A stretch of DNA of 64,000 nt, taken from Terriglobia bacterium. GTDB taxonomy: Bacteria > Acidobacteriota > Terriglobia > 20CM-2-55-15. The stretch covers positions 64,001 through 128,000 of the forward strand of contig CAXWPJ010000002.1 of assembly GCA_963664115.2 (NCBI GenBank), written 5' to 3'. The notes under the pieces were generated by a model. The model saw only the letters and a list, made by a program, of their open reading frames with translations, had not been told where the DNA came from and ran no database searches. How positions within the stretch are numbered: position 1 is the first letter of the stretch; each line of letters begins with the position of its first letter. The position numbers and the translations under genes are program-made. Below, piece by piece: positions 48,995-58,862 of the stretch.

Positions 48995-49177
48995 TTACCG
49001 TTTCTTCTTGGCTTTCTTCTTCGCTACTTTCTTTTTGGCTTTTTTCTTAGTCGCCTTTTTCTTAGTAGCTTTCTTCGTGGTCGCCTTCTTCTTTGTAGCT
49101 TTCTTCTTGGCGGCCTTCTTCTTCACTACTTTCTTCTTGGCCGCCTTCTTTTTAGGCGCCTTCTTTTTTGTAGCCAT
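48995..49177 (-). CDS. Lysine-rich histone H1-like protein, 60 aa
   Basis: 35 of 60 residues are Lys, in xxKKK pentads; AAGGAG RBS; synonymous codon variation between repeats. Confidence 0.85.
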   Translation of the reverse strand: MATKKKAPKKKAAKKKVVKKKAAKKKATKKKATTKKATKKKATKKKAKKKVAKKKAKKKR

Positions 49178-49397
49178 ATTGAAGCTCTCCTTTTCTCTCT
49201 TTTGTTGTTTTTATTCTTTTTCGTACTCTATACGCCGCGATGTTGCTACGACGCACGATAGTACTTTCCTATAATCGCATCACGTTTTCCAGTTAAGAAT
49301 TCAAACTAAACCTGACGCGACAGCATATTGTTTTCTTAGGGATTCCCAGATCAGGTCCCGAATTTACCGAATGTTGCTTATGAAAATTCTGTAACGT

Positions 49398-49871
49398 ATG
49401 GTTCATTACGTGCGATTTCTCCTTTCAGTGATCACGCTCCTGTTCGTTTTGACCAGTTGTTCGCGACTCGAGGTACTGACCGACGAAGCGCTACGGGATG
49501 CCCAGGCCCGTTGGAACGCCAACGCTCCCGGCTTGTATCGTGTCGTTATTGAAATGACAGGCGGACGCGTCGAAGCCGGCGTCTTCGAAGCGCTGGTACG
49601 GGGAGAGCAAGTCGTGAGTCTGAAGAGAAACGGACAAGTCATCTTGCCGGACCGGGCCGAGGACTACTCAATCCGCGGCCTGTTCCGGATTCTTGAACAG
49701 GAACTGGCTCTAGCCCAACAACCTTCCCTGCTCGGAGCACCGCCGGGCTATGCGGCGCACTTGCTGGTCCGTTTTGATTCTGACAACGGTCGGCTGGAAC
49801 GCTACCGTCGTACTGTCACAGGAGTCGATAACAATATTGAAATCGCGATTCTGGTTTTTGAACCGCAGTGA
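49398..49871 (+). CDS. Lipoprotein, DUF6174-like
   Basis: LTSC lipobox; LRDAQARW...YRV...SIRGLF. Confidence 0.65.
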   Translation: MVHYVRFLLSVITLLFVLTSCSRLEVLTDEALRDAQARWNANAPGLYRVVIEMTGGRVEAGVFEALVRGEQVVSLKRNGQVILPDRAEDYSIRGLFRILEQELALAQQPSLLGAPPGYAAHLLVRFDSDNGRLERYRRTVTGVDNNIEIAILVFEPQ

Positions 49872-49876
49872 AGAGT

Positions 49877-51425
49877 CTATTCGAGTCCGTAGCGCTTGAC
49901 CTTGTTGATCAAGCCCTGATGACTCAAGCCCAGTTGCTTGGCAGTCTTGCGCCGATCTCCCTGATTGTTGATCAATGCTTCCCGGATCATCTGGATCTCC
50001 AGGGCAGTCACACGATCTTTAAGGAATTTTTTGACTGCGCCAGTAACCGGAGAGTCTTCGGTGGGTTCTTCCACAGTATTCGATTCACGGATCGCTTCAG
50101 ACAGATCTTCGACTCCGACCAACTCGGTCGCGCAAAGTACCAGCGCCCGCTTGACTTCGTTTTCGAGTTGACGGACATTGCCGGGCCAACTGTAGGAAAT
50201 CAGGACTTTCATTGCCTCAGTCGAAAAACCGTCCGTTCGAGTGCCCAGTTCGGGTCCGTATTTTTGAAGAAAATGTGTGGCCAACAGCGCAATATCTCCA
50301 CGAATCTCACGCAGCGCGGCCATCTTCACGTGAACAATATTTAATCTGAAAAACAGATCCTGCCGAAATCGTCCGGATTCGATCTCGCCTGACAGATCCT
50401 TGTTGGTCGCGGCAACCAGTCGAATGTCGACGGGCACGGGTTTACGGCCGCCCACCCACTCCACTTCCCGTTCTTGAAGTACGCGCAGCAACTTTGCCTG
50501 GGCCGACATGCTGAGATCCCCGATCTCGTCTAGAAAGAGCGTCCCTCCCGAAGCGGATTCGATCCGCCCAACCCTGCGTTCGACACCAGTGGCAACACCC
50601 TTCTCGATGCCGAAGAGTTCGGCTTCAAGCAGTGACTCGGGCAAAGCCGCACAGTTGACAGCGACGAAAGGTTTGGCGTGTCGCGGCCCCCCATAGTGAA
50701 TGGCGCGCGCTGCCAGTTCCTTCCCCGTACCATTTTCACCGGTAATCAGAACAGAAATGCTCGTCGCCGACACCTTGTCAATCAGGCTTCGAATGGCGTC
50801 GACCTTCTTGGTTGTTCCAAGAATATTTCGAGACGAAAAGCGCTCCGCGACCGCATGCCTGAGAGTTTGATTCTCCTGAACCAGTTCCTTCTGCTTCGCT
50901 TCCAACTCCATCAGTTGACGCGCGTTGCCTAAAGCAACGGCGGCCTGGGAAGCCAAGGCCTCTACGAATTGATCATCTTCGTTACTGAAACGCCCATCGC
51001 GCTTGTTGAGGACCTGAAACACTCCGAAGACATCACCCTTGTAGTTACGAATCGGCACACACAGGATGTTTCGCGTTCTGAATCCGGTGAGGGAGTCTAT
51101 CTTTGGATAGAACAGTGGCGAATTGTACGCGTCTTCAACCATCATTGTCTTACCGGTCTTGATAACCGCACCCGCAATGCCCAGCCGCGCATCGAAACGA
51201 ATGACTTCTGATGTTCCCAAGGCAACCTTCGCCCAAATCTCACCCTTGTCGGCGTCAAGGTAGGAAGATCGTCGCGCGCTCGGCATCGACCAGTTTGGCG
51301 GCCTCGGTTGCGATAATATTCAGTAGCTCATCGAAGTTCTTTTCAGAGTTGATGCGCCGACAGACATCGAGCAAGGTAACAAAACGATCGATGACCAAAT
51401 GGGGGGCGTGAAAGTTGGCTTTCAT
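49877..51425 (-). pseudogene. GAF-AAA+-HTH sigma54-type activator with one frameshift near 51259
   Basis: N-part ...DAERATIFL joins LDADKGEIW if one extra C is removed. GENGTGKE, LFLDEIGD, WPGNVRQL and a Fis HTH are present. Confidence 0.85.
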
Positions 51426-51474
51426 GGTGTTGCCAAGGTAGACATTGCGTCGAACAATGTCAATAATACGCAAC

Positions 51475-52194
51475 ATGCCACCGCGTTTTCGAGGATTTCC
51501 CGAGGAAGGACTGCGTTTCCTCGTCGGTCTCAAAAAGAACAATAAGAGGGAGTGGTTCCAGAAAAGGAAAGATGTCTATCTCGCAAATGTGAAAGATCCA
51601 ATGGCCTCCTTTATCATGGCTGTGTCCACGGATCTGGAAAAATTTGCTCCGGAAATGATCGGTAGCCCTAAAATATCCGCGTTCCGTATCTATCGGGACA
51701 CCCGGTTTTCTCCGAACAAAGCGCCTTATAAAACCCATGTAGCCGCCGTCTTTCCGCGACGCGGATTGGAAAAGCATGTGGGCGCCGGACTCTATGTACA
51801 TATCGCACCGGATGAAGTGTTCGTCGGTGGTGGCCTGTTTAGACCGGTCTCCGCCGATCTTCTGGCACTTCGCGAATATCTCGCAGCCCATCATGCGTCG
51901 TTTCGCTCTACCGTCGAATCTCAAAAGTTTCGTAAGTTTTTTGGATCACTCTCGGGAGAACAACTGACGCGGGTCCCCCGTGGTTTCGCTAAGGACCATC
52001 CGGCGGCCGATCTCTTGCGTTATAAACAGTTCCTTGCATCGCGCCAGCTCGAACCTGAACTGGTCACGACCCCCGCCTTTTATCCGGAAGTCATCCGGAC
52101 TTTCAAGACGCTCCTGCCGATGATTCGTTTTTTAAATGATCCGATCACAGGACGACGTCGGTACGCCGACTTGAGCCCAGCCAAAGGCCGCTGA
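51475..52194 (+). CDS. DUF2461 family protein
   Basis: NNKREWF; FRIYRDTRFSPNKAPYKT; LTRVPRGF..DHP. Confidence 0.92.
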   Translation: MPPRFRGFPEEGLRFLVGLKKNNKREWFQKRKDVYLANVKDPMASFIMAVSTDLEKFAPEMIGSPKISAFRIYRDTRFSPNKAPYKTHVAAVFPRRGLEKHVGAGLYVHIAPDEVFVGGGLFRPVSADLLALREYLAAHHASFRSTVESQKFRKFFGSLSGEQLTRVPRGFAKDHPAADLLRYKQFLASRQLEPELVTTPAFYPEVIRTFKTLLPMIRFLNDPITGRRRYADLSPAKGR

Positions 52195-52297
52195 AGTGCG
52201 CGGACATGAAGTGAGCCCTTGCCCAAAAAAAGAATTCTGGAACTTTAAACGTCCTTGCCGTCAACTGTTCTAAGAGAGCATGCAGGGAAATATATTT

Positions 52298-54262
52298 ATG
52301 AAGCGGACACCGCATCGCGTGACCCGGAGCTGGGCGCGCCGAGTATCTGTTGTAGCGACGCTCGCCCTGATCTGGCTGACATCGAAAACCTTCGGCCAAT
52401 CACCTGCGACGGATCTCTTAGACCCGCAACCGACGACTTCCGTCTTCGACCTAGGTCATTTCGAGCATCCAGACGCATTCTTCGTTGAACCGGCCCTGGC
52501 CAACCTGGAATTGTCCGCATTAACGGAAGCGGTCGCACAGTACATCAACCCGGTGATCATACGGAGCGCGCCCCTCTTACCTGCGCCCAGAAACAACTTC
52601 ATCGATGAACATGTATTCGCGCGCATCGAAGCCGCAGGCATTGAACCGGCGCCATTCAGTTCGGATACCGAATTTCTCCGTCGCGTCACACTCGACCTCA
52701 CAGGAAGGATCCCGTCTCCTGATGAAGTTACCGACTTCATCGACGATTCCACTTCCAGCAAGCGCGATGTTCTGATCGACAGCCTTATTGCATCTTCAGC
52801 ATTCATCGACAAGTGGACGATGTTTTTTGGCGACCTGTTCAAGTTAAACGGACGGGCCTCGAACGTGAACCGGTTCACCCAGGGCCGGGATGCTTTTTAT
52901 CTCTATTTGAAAGAATCGATCGCTGGGAACAAACCCTACGACACGATGGTAAAGGAGATGATCACGGCAACGGGGGACAACCATGCCGTCGGCGCGGCGA
53001 ATTTCCCGGTTGGCGGCATTATTCCCATGGGACCCGCCCAGGACACTTACGATGGACAGGCCGCACAGGTCGCAGCTATGTTTCTCGGAATCCAGGTTGT
53101 CGACTGTTTGCTCTGTCATGACGGTGCCGGCCATCTGGAAGACGTCAGCCTTTGGGGATACCGTCAAACGCGTCACGACATGTGGGGCCTGTCGGCCTTT
53201 TTTGCCCAAACACGGATCCGACGCGAACGCATCAGTGATCAGCCGCGACTGATTCGCTTCGACGTTTCAGATAATTCAGGCCAACGTTTCCGCTACAGTC
53301 TCAACACCACCGAAGGAAATCGCAGCGCAAGATTACCTGTGAATGGCATCAGTGTCGTTGCCCCGAAGTATCCGTTCACGCTTCCATCCACCGACATCGG
53401 ACAGGTTGAAGAGGGCGAAGTCCGGCGTGTGGCTCTGGCCGAGTACGTCACCGACGACATCCAGTTTGCGCGCGCGATCGTAAACTACGTCTGGGAAGAA
53501 CTCATGGTCGAAGCGTTCGTGACCCCATCCAACGCTTTCGATTTGGACCGCCTGGATCCCGACAATCCGCCGCCGGCCCCCTGGACGATTCAACCCACGA
53601 ATCCAGAATTGCTTGAAGCGATGGCGGTATGGATACAACAGAACAATTTCGATCTGCGAGGGTTGATCGCACTGATTACGAAATCCAGGACATACCAGTT
53701 GTCCGGGGCGTATCCCACCGAATGGTTTCCCGAGTACGTGCCGTATTACGCCCGGAAGTTTGCACGCCGGCTGGATGCCGAAGAAATCCATGATGCCGTG
53801 ATAACGGCGACTGGAATTGGCGCCAACTACACCATACGGTCACGAACCGGGACCGTCCTGGGCCCCGTTCAGTGGGCCATGCAGTTGCCCGACACCATCG
53901 AACCTCGTTCCAATCGAAGGATCGCCCTGTTTCTGGATTCACTTGGACGCGGTGACAGAGACCAGACCGTACGATCCTCCGACAGCTCCGCGCTCCAGGC
54001 GCTCAACCTGATGAATCACCGCTTTGTCATGGACCGAATCGACGCGGATATCGGGTCGGGAACGCTCGCACGAATATTGGCTGAGACCAGCGACCCCACG
54101 GAAATCATCCGGCAAACGTACCTGGCAACGCTCTCCCGGTTTCCGTCCGACGACGAAATCGCACTCCTGCAGCCCATGATGGTGCAGTTGGGCGCCGCCG
54201 CCGGTGCGGAATCGTTGCAGTGGATTCTGATGAACAAACTGGATTTTGTTTTTAACTACTAG
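52298..54262 (+). CDS. DUF1549/DUF1553 domain protein
   Basis: NFIDEHV; FLRRVTLDLTGRIP; CLLCHD; PTNPELL; RRLDAEEIHD. Confidence 0.9.
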   Translation: MKRTPHRVTRSWARRVSVVATLALIWLTSKTFGQSPATDLLDPQPTTSVFDLGHFEHPDAFFVEPALANLELSALTEAVAQYINPVIIRSAPLLPAPRNNFIDEHVFARIEAAGIEPAPFSSDTEFLRRVTLDLTGRIPSPDEVTDFIDDSTSSKRDVLIDSLIASSAFIDKWTMFFGDLFKLNGRASNVNRFTQGRDAFYLYLKESIAGNKPYDTMVKEMITATGDNHAVGAANFPVGGIIPMGPAQDTYDGQAAQVAAMFLGIQVVDCLLCHDGAGHLEDVSLWGYRQTRHDMWGLSAFFAQTRIRRERISDQPRLIRFDVSDNSGQRFRYSLNTTEGNRSARLPVNGISVVAPKYPFTLPSTDIGQVEEGEVRRVALAEYVTDDIQFARAIVNYVWEELMVEAFVTPSNAFDLDRLDPDNPPPAPWTIQPTNPELLEAMAVWIQQNNFDLRGLIALITKSRTYQLSGAYPTEWFPEYVPYYARKFARRLDAEEIHDAVITATGIGANYTIRSRTGTVLGPVQWAMQLPDTIEPRSNRRIALFLDSLGRGDRDQTVRSSDSSALQALNLMNHRFVMDRIDADIGSGTLARILAETSDPTEIIRQTYLATLSRFPSDDEIALLQPMMVQLGAAAGAESLQWILMNKLDFVFNY

Positions 54263-54272
54263 CGGCACGGAT

Positions 54273-55616
54273 ATGACAATGCGTATCGATAGACGAACCC
54301 TTCTCAAGTCCGCACTTGCCGGAGTGACCGGCTACTTCGCGGCACCGCTGGAAACCTTGGCGGGCGCGACGGTCACGTCACAAGGTCTCCCAACGCTCTC
54401 TACGGCCCGGAACGTCATATTTCTCCTGATGCGGGGTGCGCCCAGTCAGGTCGACACCTTTGATTTGAAGGTGGGATCCTGGACACCCGAGGATTTCAGT
54501 CCGACCACGGTCGGCGCGATGGACTTCCCTGAAGGCCTGTTACCCAACCTGACGCAGCAACTGGACAAGATCTCCGTCGTGCGCAGCATGCAATCAACGG
54601 CATTGGTTCATCCACTCCTACAGCAATGGACACAGATCGCGAGAAGCCCAACCAGTGCGACGGGTACGATCGCGCCGAACATCGGCTCGATTGTCGCTCT
54701 GGAAACTGAATCCGGCCGCCGTAGCGACCAACCGCTACCGGGCTTCGTTTCGCTCAATACGGGTGGACGGATTGCGAAGCAGGGCTATTTCGGAGGCATC
54801 TACGCACCTTTTGATGCCGTAGCCGACGCGGACGGCCTTGAAGGCCTCAGTAACCCGGTAGGCGAGGGTCTGTTCAGCGCCCGCTACGATATGCTCCAAC
54901 TGCTGGATGCCCGAAATCGCCAACCGTCCCGATACGGAGACGCCCTGGAAGAAATGCATGACTTCTACAGCAGCGCGCGCCGCATGATGTATGAACCCGA
55001 AGTCCAGGCAGCGTTTGAATTCACGGCTTCAGATTCCGAACGCTACGGCGATACCGACGTCGGGAACTCGTGCATAGTCGCCCGGAATATCCTCGCCGGT
55101 GATTTGGGAACGCACTACATCCAGATCAACTCCAGCGGATGGGATCACCACCAGGACATCTACCTTGACGGCGCCGGGATATACGAGAGGTGCGCGGAAC
55201 TGGATCCGGCCCTTTCGAACTTGCTGTCCGACCTGGCAAGCATGCCGGGCACCGCCGGACAGACGCTGCTCGACGAAACCCTGATTATCGCTAAGGGAGA
55301 GTTCGGGCGTACGGTGGGCGACCTGACCAGCCAAAGCGGACGCGATCACTACTTCGTCCATTTCACGATGTTTGCGGGTGGCGGAACGGTCGGTGGTCGG
55401 GTCATCGGAAAAACGACGCCTGACGGGCGTTTCGTGGAAGATCCGGGATGGTCAGGCAACCGTCCGGCAACGGCTGAAGACGTCGCGGCGACTATCTATT
55501 CCGCCCTGGGGATTGACCATACAACGGTTCTTAACGACGACCCCCTCGGACGGGGATTCCGCTACACGCCGGACACACCCTGGGAGTCCACTCCGATTGT
55601 GGAATTATTCGAGTAG
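54273..55616 (+). CDS. DUF1501 domain protein with a Tat signal
   Basis: DRRTLLK; GAPSQVDTFD; GWDHH; GEFGRT; GRDH. Confidence 0.92.
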   Translation: MTMRIDRRTLLKSALAGVTGYFAAPLETLAGATVTSQGLPTLSTARNVIFLLMRGAPSQVDTFDLKVGSWTPEDFSPTTVGAMDFPEGLLPNLTQQLDKISVVRSMQSTALVHPLLQQWTQIARSPTSATGTIAPNIGSIVALETESGRRSDQPLPGFVSLNTGGRIAKQGYFGGIYAPFDAVADADGLEGLSNPVGEGLFSARYDMLQLLDARNRQPSRYGDALEEMHDFYSSARRMMYEPEVQAAFEFTASDSERYGDTDVGNSCIVARNILAGDLGTHYIQINSSGWDHHQDIYLDGAGIYERCAELDPALSNLLSDLASMPGTAGQTLLDETLIIAKGEFGRTVGDLTSQSGRDHYFVHFTMFAGGGTVGGRVIGKTTPDGRFVEDPGWSGNRPATAEDVAATIYSALGIDHTTVLNDDPLGRGFRYTPDTPWESTPIVELFE

Positions 55617-55898
55617 AATCTCCTCTGTGTCATCCGGAAACTCATCGAACACGTAGATGCCGCTCGCTCGCTGAAGAGTACAGAGCGGGCAATTTTCATC
55701 AAAATATTCTCTGGGATCGAAAGCCTCCGTGCGGGACTGAACTGCCGCGTCGTCGGGCTGGTCCAGATGAATGAGAACAAAACCGTCCTTGCGCGAAACA
55801 ATCGCATGGGCGCCGTATCGGGCGCGAAGCTCCTCGTCTGAAAACATAGTGGGTATAGAAAAGAACGCTTCCCTCGATGAGTCAGCAAGTGTCTCCAC
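55605..55898 (-). CDS. Hypothetical protein with CxxC (start uncertain)
   Basis: FDPREYFDENCPLC; acidic tail. Confidence 0.55.
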   Translation of the reverse strand: METLADSSREAFFSIPTMFSDEELRARYGAHAIVSRKDGFVLIHLDQPDDAAVQSRTEAFDPREYFDENCPLCTLQRASGIYVFDEFPDDTEEILLE

Positions 55899-55957
55899 GA
55901 GATAGCGCTCGAATAGGAAAGGTCGAGTTTTATTGTACAGCAGACAGCGCGGCTTGA

Positions 55958-56314
55958 TTAACTGCGTCCGTAATCGTCATCCAGGCGGACAATATCGTCC
56001 TCCCCGAGGTAGGCACCACGTTGCACCTCGATAAAAACCAATTTGTCGCTGCCAGCGTTTGCCACCCGATGTGCGGCGCCCGAGGGAACATCCACGCTCT
56101 CTCCGACGGTCAAGGGGAAGTCGCGTCCATCCAGTGTGACGAGAGCCTGGCCGCTCACGATGGTCCAATGTTCGGATCGGGATGCATGACGTTGATAACT
56201 GAGCCGGCCTTTTGGAAGAACGACGATGCGTTTGACTTTGTACCCCGCGTCCTCATCGATGACGGTAAACGTGCCCCACGGACGCGTGTCGGTTTTTCTA
56301 TGGTCTGAGGTCAT
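55958..56314 (-). CDS. Phosphomannose isomerase type II C-terminal cupin
   Basis: RPWG; LSYQRH..RSEHW; IEVQRGAYLGEDDIVRLDDDYGR. Confidence 0.92.
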   Translation of the reverse strand: MTSDHRKTDTRPWGTFTVIDEDAGYKVKRIVVLPKGRLSYQRHASRSEHWTIVSGQALVTLDGRDFPLTVGESVDVPSGAAHRVANAGSDKLVFIEVQRGAYLGEDDIVRLDDDYGRS

Positions 56315-56467
56315 CAGATTTTCACCTAGGAATCAGTCTGGTCCTGCAATTGCAGTAATTAGACTAACGAACCGGAATTGAAACTTGACTACAAAACGCC
56401 ATGGCGTACTCTATCTGAGACGGAGAATTTCCTCTTCATCTGAGACCTCTCTTGAGAAAGGATTCTC

Positions 56468-58738
56468 ATGCTTGTTCGCTTCTGGGGAACCCGAGGTTCC
56501 ATACCGACTCCGGGGCCAGGGACTGCCCGTTACGGTGGCAATACATCCTGCGTTGAGCTTCAAACCGACGACGGTAATCTGTTCGTCTTGGATTGCGGGA
56601 CCGGCATCCGCGAACTGGGACTTTCTCTTCTCGGCAGGTCGGCCACTCCCCCGAGAATCCACATCCTGATCAGCCTTACGCACTGGGATCACATACAAGG
56701 ATTTCCCTTCTTCACGCCTGTCTTTCTTCCGGGGACCGAAATCAACATTTATGCGCCTCTGGGTTTCCAGCGGAGCCTCGAAGATGCCTTGTCGGGACAA
56801 ATGCAGTATTCCTACTTCCCGGTAAAGCTGGATGATCTATCGAGCCGCATCCATTACACCGAACTGGACGAAGGGTTTTTTCGAATCGGGAACTCCCTCG
56901 TAGAAACGCAGTATCTGAACCATACAGCGCCAACGATCGGCTATCGTATCACCGAAGGCTCGACCAGCGTGGCCTACGTCACCGATCACGAGCCCTTCTG
57001 GCAATCGTCGGGACCTGTGTTCCAGCATCCGGGAGATCAACTCCACGTGGAGTTCATTCGCAACGCCGATCTTCTCATCCATGACGCCCAATATTCGGAA
57101 GAAGAATACAAGGGCAAGGTGGGTTGGGGCCACAGCCCGATCGGGTACGTCCGGGATGTCGCTCTGGCAGCCGACGCCCGGCGCCTCGCCCTGTTTCATC
57201 ACGATCCCACGCACGACGACGCCTGGATTGAAGAAACAGAACAGGAACTCCGCAAGTCGATGGCCGGTCATTCTCCTGCGATCGGCGTTTTCGCCGCAGC
57301 CGAAGGAATGGAACTTCAGATCCAGGGCGACCGCCTGCATTCCGAGATCACCCGCGAATCGGCTCTGGAACACCGCTCGACCCTGGGCCAGCGCGTGTTG
57401 TTCGTCAGCGCTGAGCCGAACGACTTCACCTTGATGGAACGCACGCTTGTGGAAGACGGCCTGATTCTAATGCCGGCCTCCGACGCGGCAGGCGCGTTGA
57501 AACGCTGCGAAGAGTTCGCGCCTGGAGTCGCAATTGTCGATGGCAAGGCACTAGAGAACCATCCACAGTTCGTACAAACGTTGCGCCAGAAAACGGGTAA
57601 CCCCGATTTGCCCGTTATTGTTCTGACCCAGGGACACGATCTCGGCAGTACGAAGTTGGGCTTCGCCGATGCAACCGACTACCTGGAACGCCCGTTCAGC
57701 CCACCGATGTTGCGGTCGCGGGTTCGAGCCTGGATTTCCCGGACCGTTCTGGAGAAACGAGCAACGCCATCGGGTTCCGGAACCAGTCGAGACCAATCAT
57801 CCGCCGCTACAGCGTCGATAAAGTCAGATGAAAACTATACGGACGTTCTCAAAAAGACAGCACTGTTCCAGCACTTGGACACTGCCCAACTCGAAGACCT
57901 CATATCGAACGCCAGCGAACAGGTCTTTCCTGCCGACTATCCGATTCTTAGCGAGGGCGATGCGGGAACGAGCGTGTTCATCATTGTTTCCGGACGCGTC
58001 CGGATCGTCGAGTCTGTGCCGGACGGCCCAGCCGACATGTTTCTTGGCGAACTCGGCGCGGGCGAGATCTTCGGAGAGATCGGGTTTCTCCGGGATTCAC
58101 CCCGGTCCGCGACCGTTCGAACGCTGGAACAGACACGGTGTCTGGTCCTGCCTCAGGCAGACTTCCTGATCACCTTGGAATCCTCTCCCGCATTGTGCAT
58201 TGCCCTGCTGCGGGTACTGGCCGGCCGCCTGGCTGAGGCCGATCGGCTCCTGGCGCGCTACGCCCCAGACCCTTTAACCGGGCTCCCCGGTCGGCGAGCG
58301 TTTCACGATCTCTATCACAGACTGGCAGCAGGAGCTCGCCGGAGGGGTAACAGCGCCATCCTGATACTCATCGACATCGACAACCTGCGCGGCATCAATG
58401 CCGATTTCGGCTATACAGTGGGTGACGATGTTTTGAAAGCGACCGCCGACGCCTTGCGGCAGTCCTCTCGCACGACCGACCTGATTGCACGTTACGGAAG
58501 CGACGAGTTTGCCGTATTGCTGACAGATACCGACCCGAGGGTTTGTGATCAGATTACGGCAAGAGTCAACGAGCACGTCGCCACACTCGCAAAAGAACAG
58601 ATACTTCCTCCAGGAGTCCACTACGATTTCGGCATCGCGATCAGCGAAGAAGCGCCCGAAACAGTCGACGGCTTACTGCGCAAGGCCGACGAAGAAATCC
58701 AGAAGAAGAAAGCGCGAAAGACTAAGGTCACCTCTTAA
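56468..58738 (+). CDS. Multidomain signalling protein: MBL hydrolase-REC-cNMP-GGDEF
   Basis: FWGTRGS..YGGNTSC; THWDH; GWGHS; LFHHDP; receiver domain; GEIFGE..PRSAT; DPLTGL..RYGSDEF. Confidence 0.9.
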   Translation: MLVRFWGTRGSIPTPGPGTARYGGNTSCVELQTDDGNLFVLDCGTGIRELGLSLLGRSATPPRIHILISLTHWDHIQGFPFFTPVFLPGTEINIYAPLGFQRSLEDALSGQMQYSYFPVKLDDLSSRIHYTELDEGFFRIGNSLVETQYLNHTAPTIGYRITEGSTSVAYVTDHEPFWQSSGPVFQHPGDQLHVEFIRNADLLIHDAQYSEEEYKGKVGWGHSPIGYVRDVALAADARRLALFHHDPTHDDAWIEETEQELRKSMAGHSPAIGVFAAAEGMELQIQGDRLHSEITRESALEHRSTLGQRVLFVSAEPNDFTLMERTLVEDGLILMPASDAAGALKRCEEFAPGVAIVDGKALENHPQFVQTLRQKTGNPDLPVIVLTQGHDLGSTKLGFADATDYLERPFSPPMLRSRVRAWISRTVLEKRATPSGSGTSRDQSSAATASIKSDENYTDVLKKTALFQHLDTAQLEDLISNASEQVFPADYPILSEGDAGTSVFIIVSGRVRIVESVPDGPADMFLGELGAGEIFGEIGFLRDSPRSATVRTLEQTRCLVLPQADFLITLESSPALCIALLRVLAGRLAEADRLLARYAPDPLTGLPGRRAFHDLYHRLAAGARRRGNSAILILIDIDNLRGINADFGYTVGDDVLKATADALRQSSRTTDLIARYGSDEFAVLLTDTDPRVCDQITARVNEHVATLAKEQILPPGVHYDFGIAISEEAPETVDGLLRKADEEIQKKKARKTKVTS

Positions 58739-58862
58739 CCACCGCAAGGTCCAAGACAAACTCCACAGGATCGTAGATAAGCTCGGCCGGACAAATACAC
58801 TGACGCCTTCGCCCGCAATTTCGTCTATTCTAGCGAGATTCCATTAAGCCCCAGGAGGCAGC

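Noticed and set aside
49008-49274. Phe-rich 88-aa 'membrane protein'
   Set aside because: It is the antisense shadow of the Lys-rich gene, which has the SD.
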